64,000 bases of DNA, taken from NCBI GenBank assembly GCA_965116875.1, contig OZ220733.1:1280001-1344000 (forward strand). Direction: 5' to 3'. Of the stretch, positions 9,362-19,506 are shown piece after piece; the first letter of the stretch is position 1; each line of letters starts with the position of its first letter. The position numbers and the translations under genes were made by a program. The DNA comes from Candidatus Latescibacterota bacterium. GTDB lineage: Bacteria; Latescibacterota; UBA2968; GCA-2709665. The notes under the pieces were generated by a model that saw only the letters and a program-made list of their open reading frames with translations, made no database searches and was not told the DNA's origin.

Positions 9362-11458
9362 ATGCGGATTGAAGTGCGCCACATCCGCAGGCAGAAAGCC
9401 ATCTGCCTGCTGGGCGGTATCTTCGTTCTGGTCCTGACCTGCAGACTGGCTGCGCTTCAGGTCTGGACGGGTGACGTTTACAGCGCCCGTGCGAAGAAGC
9501 AGCACGAGACGCGGACAGTGTTGCAGGCGAACCGCGGTCGTATTCTGGACCGCAGGGGCCGGGTACTCGCAACGAACCTGGAAGCCCAATCGTTCTTTGT
9601 CAACAAGGTTGCCGAGTTGGACAGTCTCCGTTCCATCGCCGTCCGGTTTTCCCGAGACGATGGCGAGGAAAACGCCGCGCTCCTGCGTCGGCTTCAAAAT
9701 AAGCGATTCGTCTGGCTGGCTCGGAAGGTATTCAGCGACCCGCAGCAGGATCCGCTGCCGAAGGGTGTGGGTCGCATTGTCGAGATGAGGCGAAGCTATC
9801 CGATGGGAGAGCTTGCCGGACAGGTTCTGGGGTACACGGACATCGACAATCTGGGCATCGAGGGCGTGGAACTCGCCCGCAATTCGCTGTTGGAGGGCGA
9901 ACCCGGAGACATGACGTCCAGGCGTGACGCGCGAGGCGAGGCGCTGGGCGCTCTGGGCGTTGTGCGGAAAATGCCCGAGGATGGCCAGGATGTGATGTTG
10001 ACTCTCGACGTCGATTACCAGTCGATCGTGGAAGAGGAGTTGGCTGCCGCCGTGTCAGAGTTCAGGGCCGTGAACGGTATCGCCATCGTCACCTCGCCCC
10101 GGTCAGGTGAAATCCTGGCGATGGCCAACGTGCCACTGTACGATCCCAATCATTTCGGCAAATACGATGCCGCGGTCCGTCGCAATCGGGCGGTGACCGA
10201 TCTCTTTGAGCCGGGATCCACGTTCAAGGTGGTCGCTGTGGCGGGAGGGCTGCAGGAAGGCCTGTGGCGACGGGAAGATCGGATCTTTTGCGAGTTCGGC
10301 CGGATGCAGGTTCCCGGCGGCGTGATTCGGGACACGCATCCCTGCGGATGGCTCACGGTCCAGCAGGTTGTCGAAGAATCCAGCAATATCGGCACCGCGA
10401 AAATCGCACGAAAACTGGAGCCGGCGGGGCTGTATGAATACGTCCGGCTGTTCGGATTCGGAATCAAGACCGGCGTAGAACTGCCGGGTGAAGTCCCCGG
10501 GAACGTGAAGAAACCGACACGATGGTCCGGAAGAACGTTGCCATCGATGTCGATCGGGCAGGAGATTGGGGTAACGGCATTGCAGATGGCGATGGCCTTC
10601 GGCGCAATCGCCAACGGCGGTCGACTGATGGCCCCACGCTTCTATCGCCGCCTGTCACCAGACGGTTCCTGGGTGTCCGAACGCCCCCGTATCCTGCGCG
10701 AGGTCGTTTCCAGGGAAACGGCTGGAATCGTCGCTGAAATCCTCGAAGGGGTCGTAGAGCGCGGCACGGGCGCAAACGCGCGGGTACCCGGTTATCGCGT
10801 AGCCGGAAAGACGGGCACCGCACAACGGGCAAGGGAAGGGGGAAGGGGCTATGATCCGGACCGGTACGTTTCTTCCTTCATCGGCTTCTTACCGGTAGAG
10901 CGCGCCGAATTCGTATGTATTGTGGTCGTAGACGGCCCGAAGGGTATTCGCTGGGGCAGCAAGGTAGCGGCGCCCGTATTCAGCCGCATTATGAAACGCA
11001 TCGTGAGTATGCGCGACACGGAAGTGCGACATCGGGCAGTCGCTGAAGCCCGCGGGGAAGACGCCGCTATGGCATCCGCGCCGGTATTTGCGGGATTGTC
11101 CCGCACCGCAGCGAAGCGGGTCATGGATCGACACGGGATCAAGCCGGTGCAGCCGGGCAAAGACGCCGGGTTGCCGGTCGGTGCGCAACCCCCGCCAACA
11201 GGGAGCGGAGAATCGCGGCGCGCGGCCGTTGCAGCAGACACCGGGAAGACCGGTGACTACATCGCCACGCCCGATGTACTGGGGATTCCATTGCGCCAGG
11301 CTGTGGTTCAGTTGACGTCGTCAGGTTTGGCGGTGAGCGCCTCGGGGAGCGGGCGAGTCGTATCCCAGACTCCCGGCGCCGGGACCCTGGTTGCCCCCGG
11401 CACGACCTGCAACGTCGTGTGCAAACCGCAATACACCCCGATCCCTGAGGGCATGTGA
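9362..11458 (+). CDS. ftsI: Class B penicillin-binding protein FtsI with C-terminal PASTA-like domain
   Basis: RGRILDR, EPGSTFK (SxxK), SSN, KTGT, C-terminal PDVLG..V.SQTP. Confidence 0.95.
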   Translation: MRIEVRHIRRQKAICLLGGIFVLVLTCRLAALQVWTGDVYSARAKKQHETRTVLQANRGRILDRRGRVLATNLEAQSFFVNKVAELDSLRSIAVRFSRDDGEENAALLRRLQNKRFVWLARKVFSDPQQDPLPKGVGRIVEMRRSYPMGELAGQVLGYTDIDNLGIEGVELARNSLLEGEPGDMTSRRDARGEALGALGVVRKMPEDGQDVMLTLDVDYQSIVEEELAAAVSEFRAVNGIAIVTSPRSGEILAMANVPLYDPNHFGKYDAAVRRNRAVTDLFEPGSTFKVVAVAGGLQEGLWRREDRIFCEFGRMQVPGGVIRDTHPCGWLTVQQVVEESSNIGTAKIARKLEPAGLYEYVRLFGFGIKTGVELPGEVPGNVKKPTRWSGRTLPSMSIGQEIGVTALQMAMAFGAIANGGRLMAPRFYRRLSPDGSWVSERPRILREVVSRETAGIVAEILEGVVERGTGANARVPGYRVAGKTGTAQRAREGGRGYDPDRYVSSFIGFLPVERAEFVCIVVVDGPKGIRWGSKVAAPVFSRIMKRIVSMRDTEVRHRAVAEARGEDAAMASAPVFAGLSRTAAKRVMDRHGIKPVQPGKDAGLPVGAQPPPTGSGESRRAAVAADTGKTGDYIATPDVLGIPLRQAVVQLTSSGLAVSASGSGRVVSQTPGAGTLVAPGTTCNVVCKPQYTPIPEGM

Positions 11459-11471
11459 CAAAAACCAGGTT

Positions 11472-12917
11472 ATGCGGCTGGACGAACTCATTTGCAGGAT
11501 TCCGGAAGCGCAATGGTTACACAGGGGCAATCCCCGGGTTACAGGTCTGGCCACGGATTCGCGCAAGGTTCAACCTGGCGACCTGTTCGTCGCCATCCGG
11601 GGCGGACAGCTTGCGGACCGGCATCGCTTCGTGCCGCAGGCGATCGCGGCTGGAACCGCGGCGGTGGTGGTGGAAGAGCCGGTCCAAGCGGACGTTCCCG
11701 CTGTCCGGGTGCCGTCCACGCGGAAGGCGCTGGGCGTATTCGCGGAATTCTTCTACGGGTCGCCGTCGCGAAGATTGCGAATGGTCGGGGTAACCGGGAC
11801 GAACGGGAAAACCACGACGGCAATGCTGATACATGCTGCGCTTGGGGCAGCCGTTGGAGACTGTGGATTGCTCGGGACGGTTGAATACCGGCTGGGCGGT
11901 CGCCGGATGCCCTCGTTCATCGGAACGCCTGAAGCTCACGACCTGCAGCGGCTATTGAAGGAAATGGCAGACAACGGCTGCGTCGCGGCGGTGATGGAAG
12001 TTACGTCGCACGGGCTGGCGCTGGACAGGGTACAGGGCATCGCGTTCGATGCGGCGGTTTTTACGAATTTTTCCCGCGATCATCTGGACTTTCACGGTTC
12101 GCTGGAATCTTATCTGGCCGCCAAGAAGCTGCTCTTTGACAACCTGAATCCGGATGCGTTTGCGGTGGTCAACGCGGACGACGAAGCGACCGGCCGCCTG
12201 TTGAGCAACTGCGTTGCCAGGGTCGTGTCCTACGGTCGATCCCCGACGGCGGATGTACGAATCGTGAACGCGGAAACCGACGGTTGCGGGACCCGCCTGA
12301 ACCTTGAAACGCACCGGGGAACCCTGCAACTCGCCCTTGCGCTGCGGGGGCGGTTCCATCAGATGAACGCCGCCGCCGCGGTTGCCGCCGCGCTGGCCAT
12401 GGAAGCAGACGCCGGGTCGATAGCCGCTGCCATCAGGGACGTACAGGTGCCCGGACGTTTTGAGAGCATTCAGGCAGGACAGGATTTCAATGTGATTGTG
12501 GACTATGCGCACACTCCCGACGCTCTTGGAAACGTCCTTCGGGCGGCCCGCGAGTTTACGGAAGGTCGATTGATCTGCGTGTTTGGATGCGGCGGCGACC
12601 GTGATCGCGGAAAGCGGCCACAGATGGGGCGGATTTCGGCACGGATGTCCGATCTGACCGTTGTGACTTCAGACAATCCCAGGACCGAAGACCCGGACTC
12701 GATTCTCAGAGATATCGTGTCGGGTGTCGGCGGTGCGGACCACCTCGTTGAAGTCGACCGGCGGAAAGCGATTTCACTGGCCTTCGATCATGCATCGGGG
12801 GGAGACCTCGTCGTCATTGCGGGCAAGGGACATGAAGATTACCAGGATATCGGTGGAAAAAAGATCCACTTTGACGATCGGCAGGTTGCAAGGGACGTCC
12901 TGATCGGCCGGTCATAG
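11472..12917 (+). CDS. murE: UDP-MurNAc-tripeptide synthetase (meso-DAP type)
   Basis: GTNGKTT, DHLDFH, DYAHTPD, GGDRD, DNPR specificity motif. Confidence 0.96.
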   Translation: MRLDELICRIPEAQWLHRGNPRVTGLATDSRKVQPGDLFVAIRGGQLADRHRFVPQAIAAGTAAVVVEEPVQADVPAVRVPSTRKALGVFAEFFYGSPSRRLRMVGVTGTNGKTTTAMLIHAALGAAVGDCGLLGTVEYRLGGRRMPSFIGTPEAHDLQRLLKEMADNGCVAAVMEVTSHGLALDRVQGIAFDAAVFTNFSRDHLDFHGSLESYLAAKKLLFDNLNPDAFAVVNADDEATGRLLSNCVARVVSYGRSPTADVRIVNAETDGCGTRLNLETHRGTLQLALALRGRFHQMNAAAAVAAALAMEADAGSIAAAIRDVQVPGRFESIQAGQDFNVIVDYAHTPDALGNVLRAAREFTEGRLICVFGCGGDRDRGKRPQMGRISARMSDLTVVTSDNPRTEDPDSILRDIVSGVGGADHLVEVDRRKAISLAFDHASGGDLVVIAGKGHEDYQDIGGKKIHFDDRQVARDVLIGRS

Positions 12918-12961
12918 CCGGCAATCAGGCGCCAATGGACCAGAGACGTCCGGTGACCTTA

Positions 12962-13123
12962 GAAGCTGTTTTAAAATTGCCGGTGAGTTCCCGAGCGCGA
13001 GCGAAAAAGCGGCGGTCAAGGCGGGAAAATCCGCCCATATTTGTCTATACGGGTGGATTTGACCAACGCCGACCGGCGCTTTTGCAGCCGTGCGAAGACC
13101 GCTGGGAATTTTAAAACAGCTTC
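12962..13123 (+). mobile_element. 162-bp MITE, family A, copy 1
   Basis: TIR GAAGCTGTTTTAAAATT/AATTTTAAAACAGCTTC, flanked by TTA...TTA; near-identical inverted copy at 18291-18452. Confidence 0.85.
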
Positions 13124-13142
13124 TTAACCCGGAACGACGGAT

Positions 13143-14552
13143 ATGGAAGGGATGACACTCGCTGAAGCAGCGGATGCAATGGACGGAGAGCTCGTTGGCG
13201 CCATGGATCCGGCAATCTGTCCTGTCGGAGGGTGCATCGATTCACGGGTGCTGAACGCGGGGGAGTTGTTCTTCGCACTCGAGGGAGAGCGCGTCGGAGG
13301 AAATCGGGATGGACATCGTTTCGTCGGCGATGCCCTCAGGAAAGGCGCATCGGCGGCTGTCGTTTCAAGGCGCTGGGCGGAAGACCGAAACCGCCAAGGC
13401 CTGTCCGGAGCGCTGATCGTCGTCGAGACGCCGGGCATGGCGCTGGGTGCTCTCGGAAGAACGTACCGCCGGCGCTTCCGGATTCCGGTGGTGGGCATTA
13501 CGGGAAGCAGCGGAAAGACGACAACCAAGGATATGACTGCCGCCGTGCTGAGTACCCGGTACCGTGTGCTGGCGACGGAAGGCAATCTGAATAACTGGCT
13601 CGGAGTTCCGCTGACCCTGCTGCGGCTTTCAATCACCCACGAGGCCGTGGTGATTGAAATGGGCATCAGCGAACACGGCGGTTTGAAATACCTGTGTGAA
13701 ATCGCCGATCCCACGATCGGCGTCATTACCAATATCGGACCTGCACATCTGGAGTTTTTAGGCTCTGTAGAGGGGGTGGCCAAAGCCAAAGGGGAACTCC
13801 TGGATCATCTTGAAGAGTCTTCAATGGCTATCTTGAATCTCGATGACCTGTACGTGTCCAAGGAGCGAGCAAGAGTAAAGGGGAGACTCCTGGGCTTTGG
13901 TATCGAGAAGATATGTCAGTTTCGTGGGGAGGGACTTGTCATAGACCAGGAGGGCTGCGGTCATTTCTCTCTGCAGGGCCGTTTTTTTCATCTGGCCGTA
14001 CCCGGCCGGCACCAGGTGTACAACGCACTTGCCGCAGCGGCGGTCGGCGCGGCGCTGGATGTGCCGGTTGAGCAGGCCGCTGAAGCGATTGGCGCGTTTC
14101 GACCGTCGAAGTTGCGCGGCCAGGTTGTCGAACGGAACGGAATTCGTCTATTGAACGATTCGTACAATGCCAATCCGGCCTCGATGCGGGCGGCCCTGGA
14201 GACATTGGCGAGGATGTCTATCGCGGAAGGCGGTCGCCGGGTGGCCGTACTGGGCGATATGCTGGAACTGGGACCATCGGCCGTTCAGAGCCACCGGCGC
14301 CTCGGGGAACTTGCTGCCAGAATCGGGATGGACGCCATTTTTGCGTTCGGTGACATGTCTGGTCAGGTGTCACAAGGGGGTGTTTCCGGAGGTCTGCCCA
14401 CCGACCGGTCGCGGGCATTTGTTGACCGCGAGTCCCTTGTCAGGAATCTCAAGACGTTTCTCAAGCCGGGCGACCTCGTACTGATGAAGGGCTCTCGCGG
14501 CGTTGCGATGGAAACAGCCGCTGAATCACTGGGATTTGAACTGAAACCATGA
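13143..14552 (+). CDS. murF: UDP-MurNAc-pentapeptide synthetase
   Basis: GSSGKTTTK, NLNNWLGVP, EMG, DSYNANP, LGDMLELG, KGSRG. Confidence 0.96.
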   Translation: MEGMTLAEAADAMDGELVGAMDPAICPVGGCIDSRVLNAGELFFALEGERVGGNRDGHRFVGDALRKGASAAVVSRRWAEDRNRQGLSGALIVVETPGMALGALGRTYRRRFRIPVVGITGSSGKTTTKDMTAAVLSTRYRVLATEGNLNNWLGVPLTLLRLSITHEAVVIEMGISEHGGLKYLCEIADPTIGVITNIGPAHLEFLGSVEGVAKAKGELLDHLEESSMAILNLDDLYVSKERARVKGRLLGFGIEKICQFRGEGLVIDQEGCGHFSLQGRFFHLAVPGRHQVYNALAAAAVGAALDVPVEQAAEAIGAFRPSKLRGQVVERNGIRLLNDSYNANPASMRAALETLARMSIAEGGRRVAVLGDMLELGPSAVQSHRRLGELAARIGMDAIFAFGDMSGQVSQGGVSGGLPTDRSRAFVDRESLVRNLKTFLKPGDLVLMKGSRGVAMETAAESLGFELKP

Positions 14553-14603
14553 ACGAAGGCTACGCAGCGGGACGGTTCGGCGGGAGAATGTTGAGATATC
14601 TTC

Positions 14604-15806
14604 GTGACAGAACTTAACAGCCAGGATCATATGTCGACCTCGGGAGCAGAACGGCAGCCCTATTTGCTGATGTTGCTGGTCGTCGGGCTGGTGGGTTTCG
14701 GCCTGGTAATGGTTTATAGCGCCAGCACGGCGTTGGGTCAGGTGCGTTTCGAGAGCGACCACTTCTTCCTGAAGCGGTCAGCGTTGCGTACGGTGATCGG
14801 ACTCCTTGCGATGCTTTTGATTATGCGGGTTGACTACCGCTTCTGGGCACGCTTCGCGCGGGTCTTTCTGGCCATCGGTTTTCTGGGACTGGCGGTTGTC
14901 CTGGTTTTCAAAATCGCAGAATTCGGTAAAGTGCGCGGCGCATATCGATGGATTCCGTTGCCGGGTGGCGCTTTTCAACCTTCCGATCTGATGCGGCTCG
15001 CGCTCGTGGTCTATCTGGCGGAATCCCTGAGCAGACGCCAGGGACTGGTAAAGGACCTGGTTCAGGGTTACCTCCCGCATATTGCCATAGTCGGCGTGGC
15101 GATGGGAATGGTCATGGTACAACCCGACCTCGGAACGGCGCTGGCGATCGGGTTGACCTGCACGCTGATGTTGTATCTGGCCGGTGTACGAGTCAAACAC
15201 CTGGCCGGCACGGGGCTGGTCCTTCTGCCCGTGTTATTTATCGTTGTATTCGTTCTTGGATACCGTAGAGAACGGATGATGACGTTCTTCAGTCCCACGG
15301 ACGACGTCCAGGGCGCGGGATATCATGTGATGCAGTCATTGCTGGCGCTGGGCAGCGGAGGATGGTCCGGGGTCGGCCTGGGTCAGAGCCTTCAGAAATA
15401 TTTCTTTCTGCCGGAACCGCATACGGACTTTGTGTTCAGCATCGTAGGCGAGGAGTTGGGATTGGTCGGCACGGCCGGCGTGGTACTCAGTTTCATTATC
15501 TTCGGGCGATGTGGTTTTCAGATCGCCCGTCGCGCGCCGGACCTGCACGGGTTCTTCCTGGCGTCCGGCATTACATTCATGATTCTGGTCTACGCGTTTG
15601 TGAACATGGGGGTCTGCACAGGATTGATACCGGCCACCGGTCTTCCCCTGCCGTTTATCAGTTATGGTGGAACTTCGCTGCTGTTTACACTGGTTGCCGT
15701 TGGCATTCTGATCAACATCGGGAGGTGCGGATCGGCCGACCCGGGAGCGCTTCCTCATCGGACCGGTGCGGTCAGAATGTACCGGACGGGAAATCGCAGG
15801 TCCTGA
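14604..15806 (+). CDS. ftsW: SEDS peptidoglycan polymerase FtsW
   Basis: MVYSAS, QPDLG, FLPEPHTDF, GEELG, LPFISYGG; start may be 14631. Confidence 0.95.
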   Translation: MTELNSQDHMSTSGAERQPYLLMLLVVGLVGFGLVMVYSASTALGQVRFESDHFFLKRSALRTVIGLLAMLLIMRVDYRFWARFARVFLAIGFLGLAVVLVFKIAEFGKVRGAYRWIPLPGGAFQPSDLMRLALVVYLAESLSRRQGLVKDLVQGYLPHIAIVGVAMGMVMVQPDLGTALAIGLTCTLMLYLAGVRVKHLAGTGLVLLPVLFIVVFVLGYRRERMMTFFSPTDDVQGAGYHVMQSLLALGSGGWSGVGLGQSLQKYFFLPEPHTDFVFSIVGEELGLVGTAGVVLSFIIFGRCGFQIARRAPDLHGFFLASGITFMILVYAFVNMGVCTGLIPATGLPLPFISYGGTSLLFTLVAVGILINIGRCGSADPGALPHRTGAVRMYRTGNRRS

Positions 15807-16912
15807 TGCCATTACGCCTGTTGTTTGCCGTCACCCTGACCGGCGGCCACACGGTGCCCGCGCTGGGCGTCGCGGCCGCGATCCGCAAGAGTCACCCGGA
15901 TGCGATAATCAGGTTCGTCGGTGTTGCGCGCGGTGTTGAGGCCAGGCTGGTTCCGCATGCCGGATACGTCCTGGAGACAGTGCCGGTTATTGGCCTTAAA
16001 CGTCGCTTGCATCTGGATCTGTTGCAGTTTCCGTGGTCGCTTCTCAAGGGCATCTGTTCCGCGTTCCGTATTCTTGTTGCGTATGGCCCCCATGCGGTAA
16101 TCTGCACCGGCGGCCACGTCAGCGGCCCGGTGGGGGTTGCCGCCCGGGTGCTTGGTATTCCGCTGGTGCTGCACGAGCAGAACAACTACCCCGGGCTCAC
16201 CGTCCGCCTGTTGTCCCGCGCGGCCCGGCAGGTATACCTGGCATTTGATGGGGCGAGGCGCCGCGTGGGCGGGCGTGAGAAGCGTGTCGTAGGCAACCCG
16301 ATCCGGGATGGTTGGCGGCGTGTGGACAGGAAAGAGGCTCGCCGGCGTCTGGGTCTGGACGAGGATCGGGTCACCCTGTTTGTCACAGGAGCCAGCCAGG
16401 GTTCAATGGGAATCAACCGCGCCGTGGCGGAGGCGCTGACCCTGCTCACGGATCGCGGATATCAGATTCTGTGGCAGACCGGCAGGGTGGGATATCACGC
16501 TGCCGCTTCTGCCGCCCGCCCTTGCGGCAGCCGCGTGGTTGTCAGGGAATTCATCGACGATATGGCGTTGGCTTACAGCGCGGCAGACCTCGCGTTGACC
16601 CGGGCAGGCGCGATAACGATAACGGAGATGACGCACCTGGGTGTGCCCGCATTGATGGTGCCATTGCCGCTGGCGGCAGAGAACCATCAGGTACACAATG
16701 CAAAGGCGATGGTTCGAGCCGGAGCCGCGCGTATGGTGCATGAATCAGAACTCAGTGCGGAAAGACTCGTACAGGAAGTGTCCGGGATGATCGATACGAC
16801 CGGGTTTCTTTCGGATATGTCCCGCCGCAGCCGCGCACTGGCGGTTCCCGACGCGGCCGCACGGATGGTGGAGGGCATGGCGCATTGTGGACTGCTGCGC
16901 GGTGAGCGATAG
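15806..16912 (+). CDS. murG: Lipid I GlcNAc transferase MurG
   Basis: TGGH, HEQN, GNPIR, RAGA, NHQ..NA; ATG overlaps the ftsW stop. Confidence 0.92.
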   Translation: MPLRLLFAVTLTGGHTVPALGVAAAIRKSHPDAIIRFVGVARGVEARLVPHAGYVLETVPVIGLKRRLHLDLLQFPWSLLKGICSAFRILVAYGPHAVICTGGHVSGPVGVAARVLGIPLVLHEQNNYPGLTVRLLSRAARQVYLAFDGARRRVGGREKRVVGNPIRDGWRRVDRKEARRRLGLDEDRVTLFVTGASQGSMGINRAVAEALTLLTDRGYQILWQTGRVGYHAAASAARPCGSRVVVREFIDDMALAYSAADLALTRAGAITITEMTHLGVPALMVPLPLAAENHQVHNAKAMVRAGAARMVHESELSAERLVQEVSGMIDTTGFLSDMSRRSRALAVPDAAARMVEGMAHCGLLRGER

Positions 16913-18290
16913 TGTTCTGTCCCGCATTCTGAAACGGAAACCGGGCTGCAGGGTTCATTTTGTGGGCATCGGGGGCGTGGGCATGAGCGCGGTCGCGGAA
17001 CTGCTGTTTCAGCAGGAATGCATTGTCACCGGATCCGATCGCGAGGCCTCCGCGCTGACGGACCGGTTGGGGATGTTGGGAATTCCCGTTCAGATAGGAC
17101 ATACGCCGGAGGCCGTCGAAAATGCGGACGTGGTCGTATACACGCCCGCCGCGGGTCCGGAAAACAGAGAGTTGCAAGAGGCCCGGTCGAAGGGGATTCC
17201 GACAGTCAAGAGGGCAACTCTCCTCGGGCAATTGACGGCAGGACGTCGGGTTGTGGGCGTGACCGGAACTCACGGAAAAACGACTGCAACGGCGATGACG
17301 GGCGCGGTTCTCGAGGCGGCTGGTCTGGACCCCACGGTGCTGGTGGGAGGGATCGTGCGCGGCCCTGAAAGAAACCTGCGTCCCGGCTCACCCGCGTTGT
17401 GGGCTGTCGAAGCCGATGAATTCGACCGTTCCTTTCTGACGTTGCGTCCGGAGGTAGCGGTCGTGACGTCGCTCGAGGAAGATCACCTCGATACGTACGG
17501 GAGCATGGACGGCCTGCTTCAAGCGTTTCAGCAATTCCTGGAACAGACTGGCCGAAGCGCGGTGATGGCCTGGGATGGTCCGCTCGTGCGGCGACTGAAC
17601 GCCGGGCACCTCGAGGTCTTCACGTATGGACTGGAGGACAAAACGGGGATTTCCGCGCAATCCGTGACTCGGGTCGGCCTGGAGAGCCGGTTTCGAGCCC
17701 TCCACCGTGGAAAACCACTCGGAGAACTTGTCCTCCGGGTTCCCGGCCGTCACAATGTGAGCAATGCGCTGGCCGCCATTGGCGTGGGCCTGGCCCTTCA
17801 ACTGCCCTGGAAGGCAATACGAACAGGGCTGGAGAACTTCCAGGGGGTGAGGCGGCGTCTGGAAGTGCTTGGCGCTCCGGGTGGCGTGTGTGTCGTCAAC
17901 GACTACGCCCACCATCCAACTGAAGTTCGCGCCGCTCTTGAGACGATCAGGCCGGCGTGCGCGGGCAGCCTGAAAGCTGTTTTCCAGCCGCACCTGTACT
18001 CACGAACCAGAGATTTCGCGGCTGAATTCGGACGGGCTCTGAGTAAAGCCGACGAGGTATGGGTAGCCGACGTCTATGCCGCACGCGAGGACCCGATTCC
18101 GGGCGTCTCCGGCGAGACGGTGGCGCGTCAGGTGCGGACTGCCGGCTGTTCCGAAGTAATCTATATTCCGGGCCTGCATGATCTCGAACATCGCCTGTCG
18201 AAATCGCTTGCGCCCGGCGACTTCGTATTGGTAATGGGCGCCGGTGACGTGGAGCAGGTTGCATACGGGCTCATGGACCGGTTGTCCTAA
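16902..18290 (+). CDS. murC: UDP-MurNAc-L-alanine ligase
   Basis: HFVGIGGVGMS, GTHGKTT, EADEFD, DYAHHP, FQPH. Confidence 0.96.
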   Translation: MSDSVLSRILKRKPGCRVHFVGIGGVGMSAVAELLFQQECIVTGSDREASALTDRLGMLGIPVQIGHTPEAVENADVVVYTPAAGPENRELQEARSKGIPTVKRATLLGQLTAGRRVVGVTGTHGKTTATAMTGAVLEAAGLDPTVLVGGIVRGPERNLRPGSPALWAVEADEFDRSFLTLRPEVAVVTSLEEDHLDTYGSMDGLLQAFQQFLEQTGRSAVMAWDGPLVRRLNAGHLEVFTYGLEDKTGISAQSVTRVGLESRFRALHRGKPLGELVLRVPGRHNVSNALAAIGVGLALQLPWKAIRTGLENFQGVRRRLEVLGAPGGVCVVNDYAHHPTEVRAALETIRPACAGSLKAVFQPHLYSRTRDFAAEFGRALSKADEVWVADVYAAREDPIPGVSGETVARQVRTAGCSEVIYIPGLHDLEHRLSKSLAPGDFVLVMGAGDVEQVAYGLMDRLS

Positions 18291-18452
18291 GAAGCTGTCT
18301 TAAAATTCCCAGCGGTCTTCGCGCGGCTGCAAAAGCGCCGGTCGGCGTTGGTCAAATCCACCCGTATAGACAAATATGGGCGGATTTTCCCGCCTTGACC
18401 GCCACTTTTTCGCTCGCGCTCGGGAACTCACCGGTAATTTTAAAACAACTTC
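18291..18452 (-). mobile_element. 162-bp MITE, family A, copy 2 (inverted)
   Basis: Reverse complement of 12962-13123 with a few substitutions; flanked by TAA (the murC stop codon) and CAA. Confidence 0.85.
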
Positions 18453-18471
18453 CAAGGAGCGCCGCGGGACG

Positions 18472-19410
18472 ATGCATGATGCTTCAAAGCGGAATTCGCT
18501 CGCCCGTGAAATCCGGGCACGCTGCCGGGGCGAACTTCTGGTTGATGAACCCTTGAAGAAGTATACCCATTTTGGCATGGGTGGCGCCGCAGACCTGTTT
18601 TTCCGGCCCGTCGACGTGGATGATCTGATGACCGCGGTGCCACTCGTTCTGGACTCCGAACTGCAGGTATTGCCTCTGGGCGGCGGAACGAACATGCTGG
18701 TGAACGACGCCGGTTTCAGAGGGCTGGTCATCTGTCTGACCGGTGGACTTTCGGGAATGTCGGTTGAATCGGATCAGGGCATTGCGCAGGCGGGCGCGAG
18801 CCTTCAGGTATTTTCAAGACGCTGTCAGCGCTCCGGACGAACCGGAATGGAGTTCGGATGCGGAATTCCCGGTACCGTGGGGGGCGCGATATGGGGCAAC
18901 GCCGGGGCGTGGGGGGGGCAGACCCTGGAGCAGACGGCGTGGCTGAGAGGTCTGGACCTTCGCTCCGGAGATGCATTGGAACTGCAGGGAGAGTCTATAT
19001 CGTTCTCGTACCGTCGAACGGACCTCCCCCCCGGATTTCTGATCATGGAGGCGGGTTTTTTCCTGGAGGAGGACGATCCCACAGTGGTCCAGGCACGCAT
19101 GGACGAAATGCTGGCCCGGCGCAGAAGCTCGCAACCTCTTTGGGAGCGTAACGCCGGCTGCATATTCAAAAACCCTCCCGGCACTTCGGCGGGGCTGCTC
19201 ATTGACAGAGCCGGATGCAAGGGACTATCCGTGGGCGACGTCGAAGTATCGGATGTCCATGCGAATTTCATCGTAAATCGGGGTGGCGGCACCGCGGCGG
19301 ATGTGCTCTCGCTGGCGGAAATGGTCCGGGAGAGAGTGCACAAGGCTTTTGGAATTGAAATGAACATGGAAGTTCGCATTGTCGGCGAGGGGGGAATCGA
19401 GAACCCGTGA
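18472..19410 (+). CDS. murB: UDP-N-acetylenolpyruvoylglucosamine reductase
   Basis: GGGTN, GIPGTVGG, NAGA, AGCIFKNP, HANF; the longer ORF start at 18376 lies inside the MITE. Confidence 0.95.
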   Translation: MHDASKRNSLAREIRARCRGELLVDEPLKKYTHFGMGGAADLFFRPVDVDDLMTAVPLVLDSELQVLPLGGGTNMLVNDAGFRGLVICLTGGLSGMSVESDQGIAQAGASLQVFSRRCQRSGRTGMEFGCGIPGTVGGAIWGNAGAWGGQTLEQTAWLRGLDLRSGDALELQGESISFSYRRTDLPPGFLIMEAGFFLEEDDPTVVQARMDEMLARRRSSQPLWERNAGCIFKNPPGTSAGLLIDRAGCKGLSVGDVEVSDVHANFIVNRGGGTAADVLSLAEMVRERVHKAFGIEMNMEVRIVGEGGIENP

Positions 19411-19506
19411 AACAGGGCGCCGCAACGGGTCGCTGCCGTGGACCCGAGTGTGTGTCATCGATTGCGGATACGGATTGCCCAGACCCACTGAAACGACGGA
19501 GGTCAC

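Noticed and set aside
19411-19506. Absence of ddl between murB and ftsQ
   Set aside because: murC-murB-ftsQ without ddl is a common arrangement
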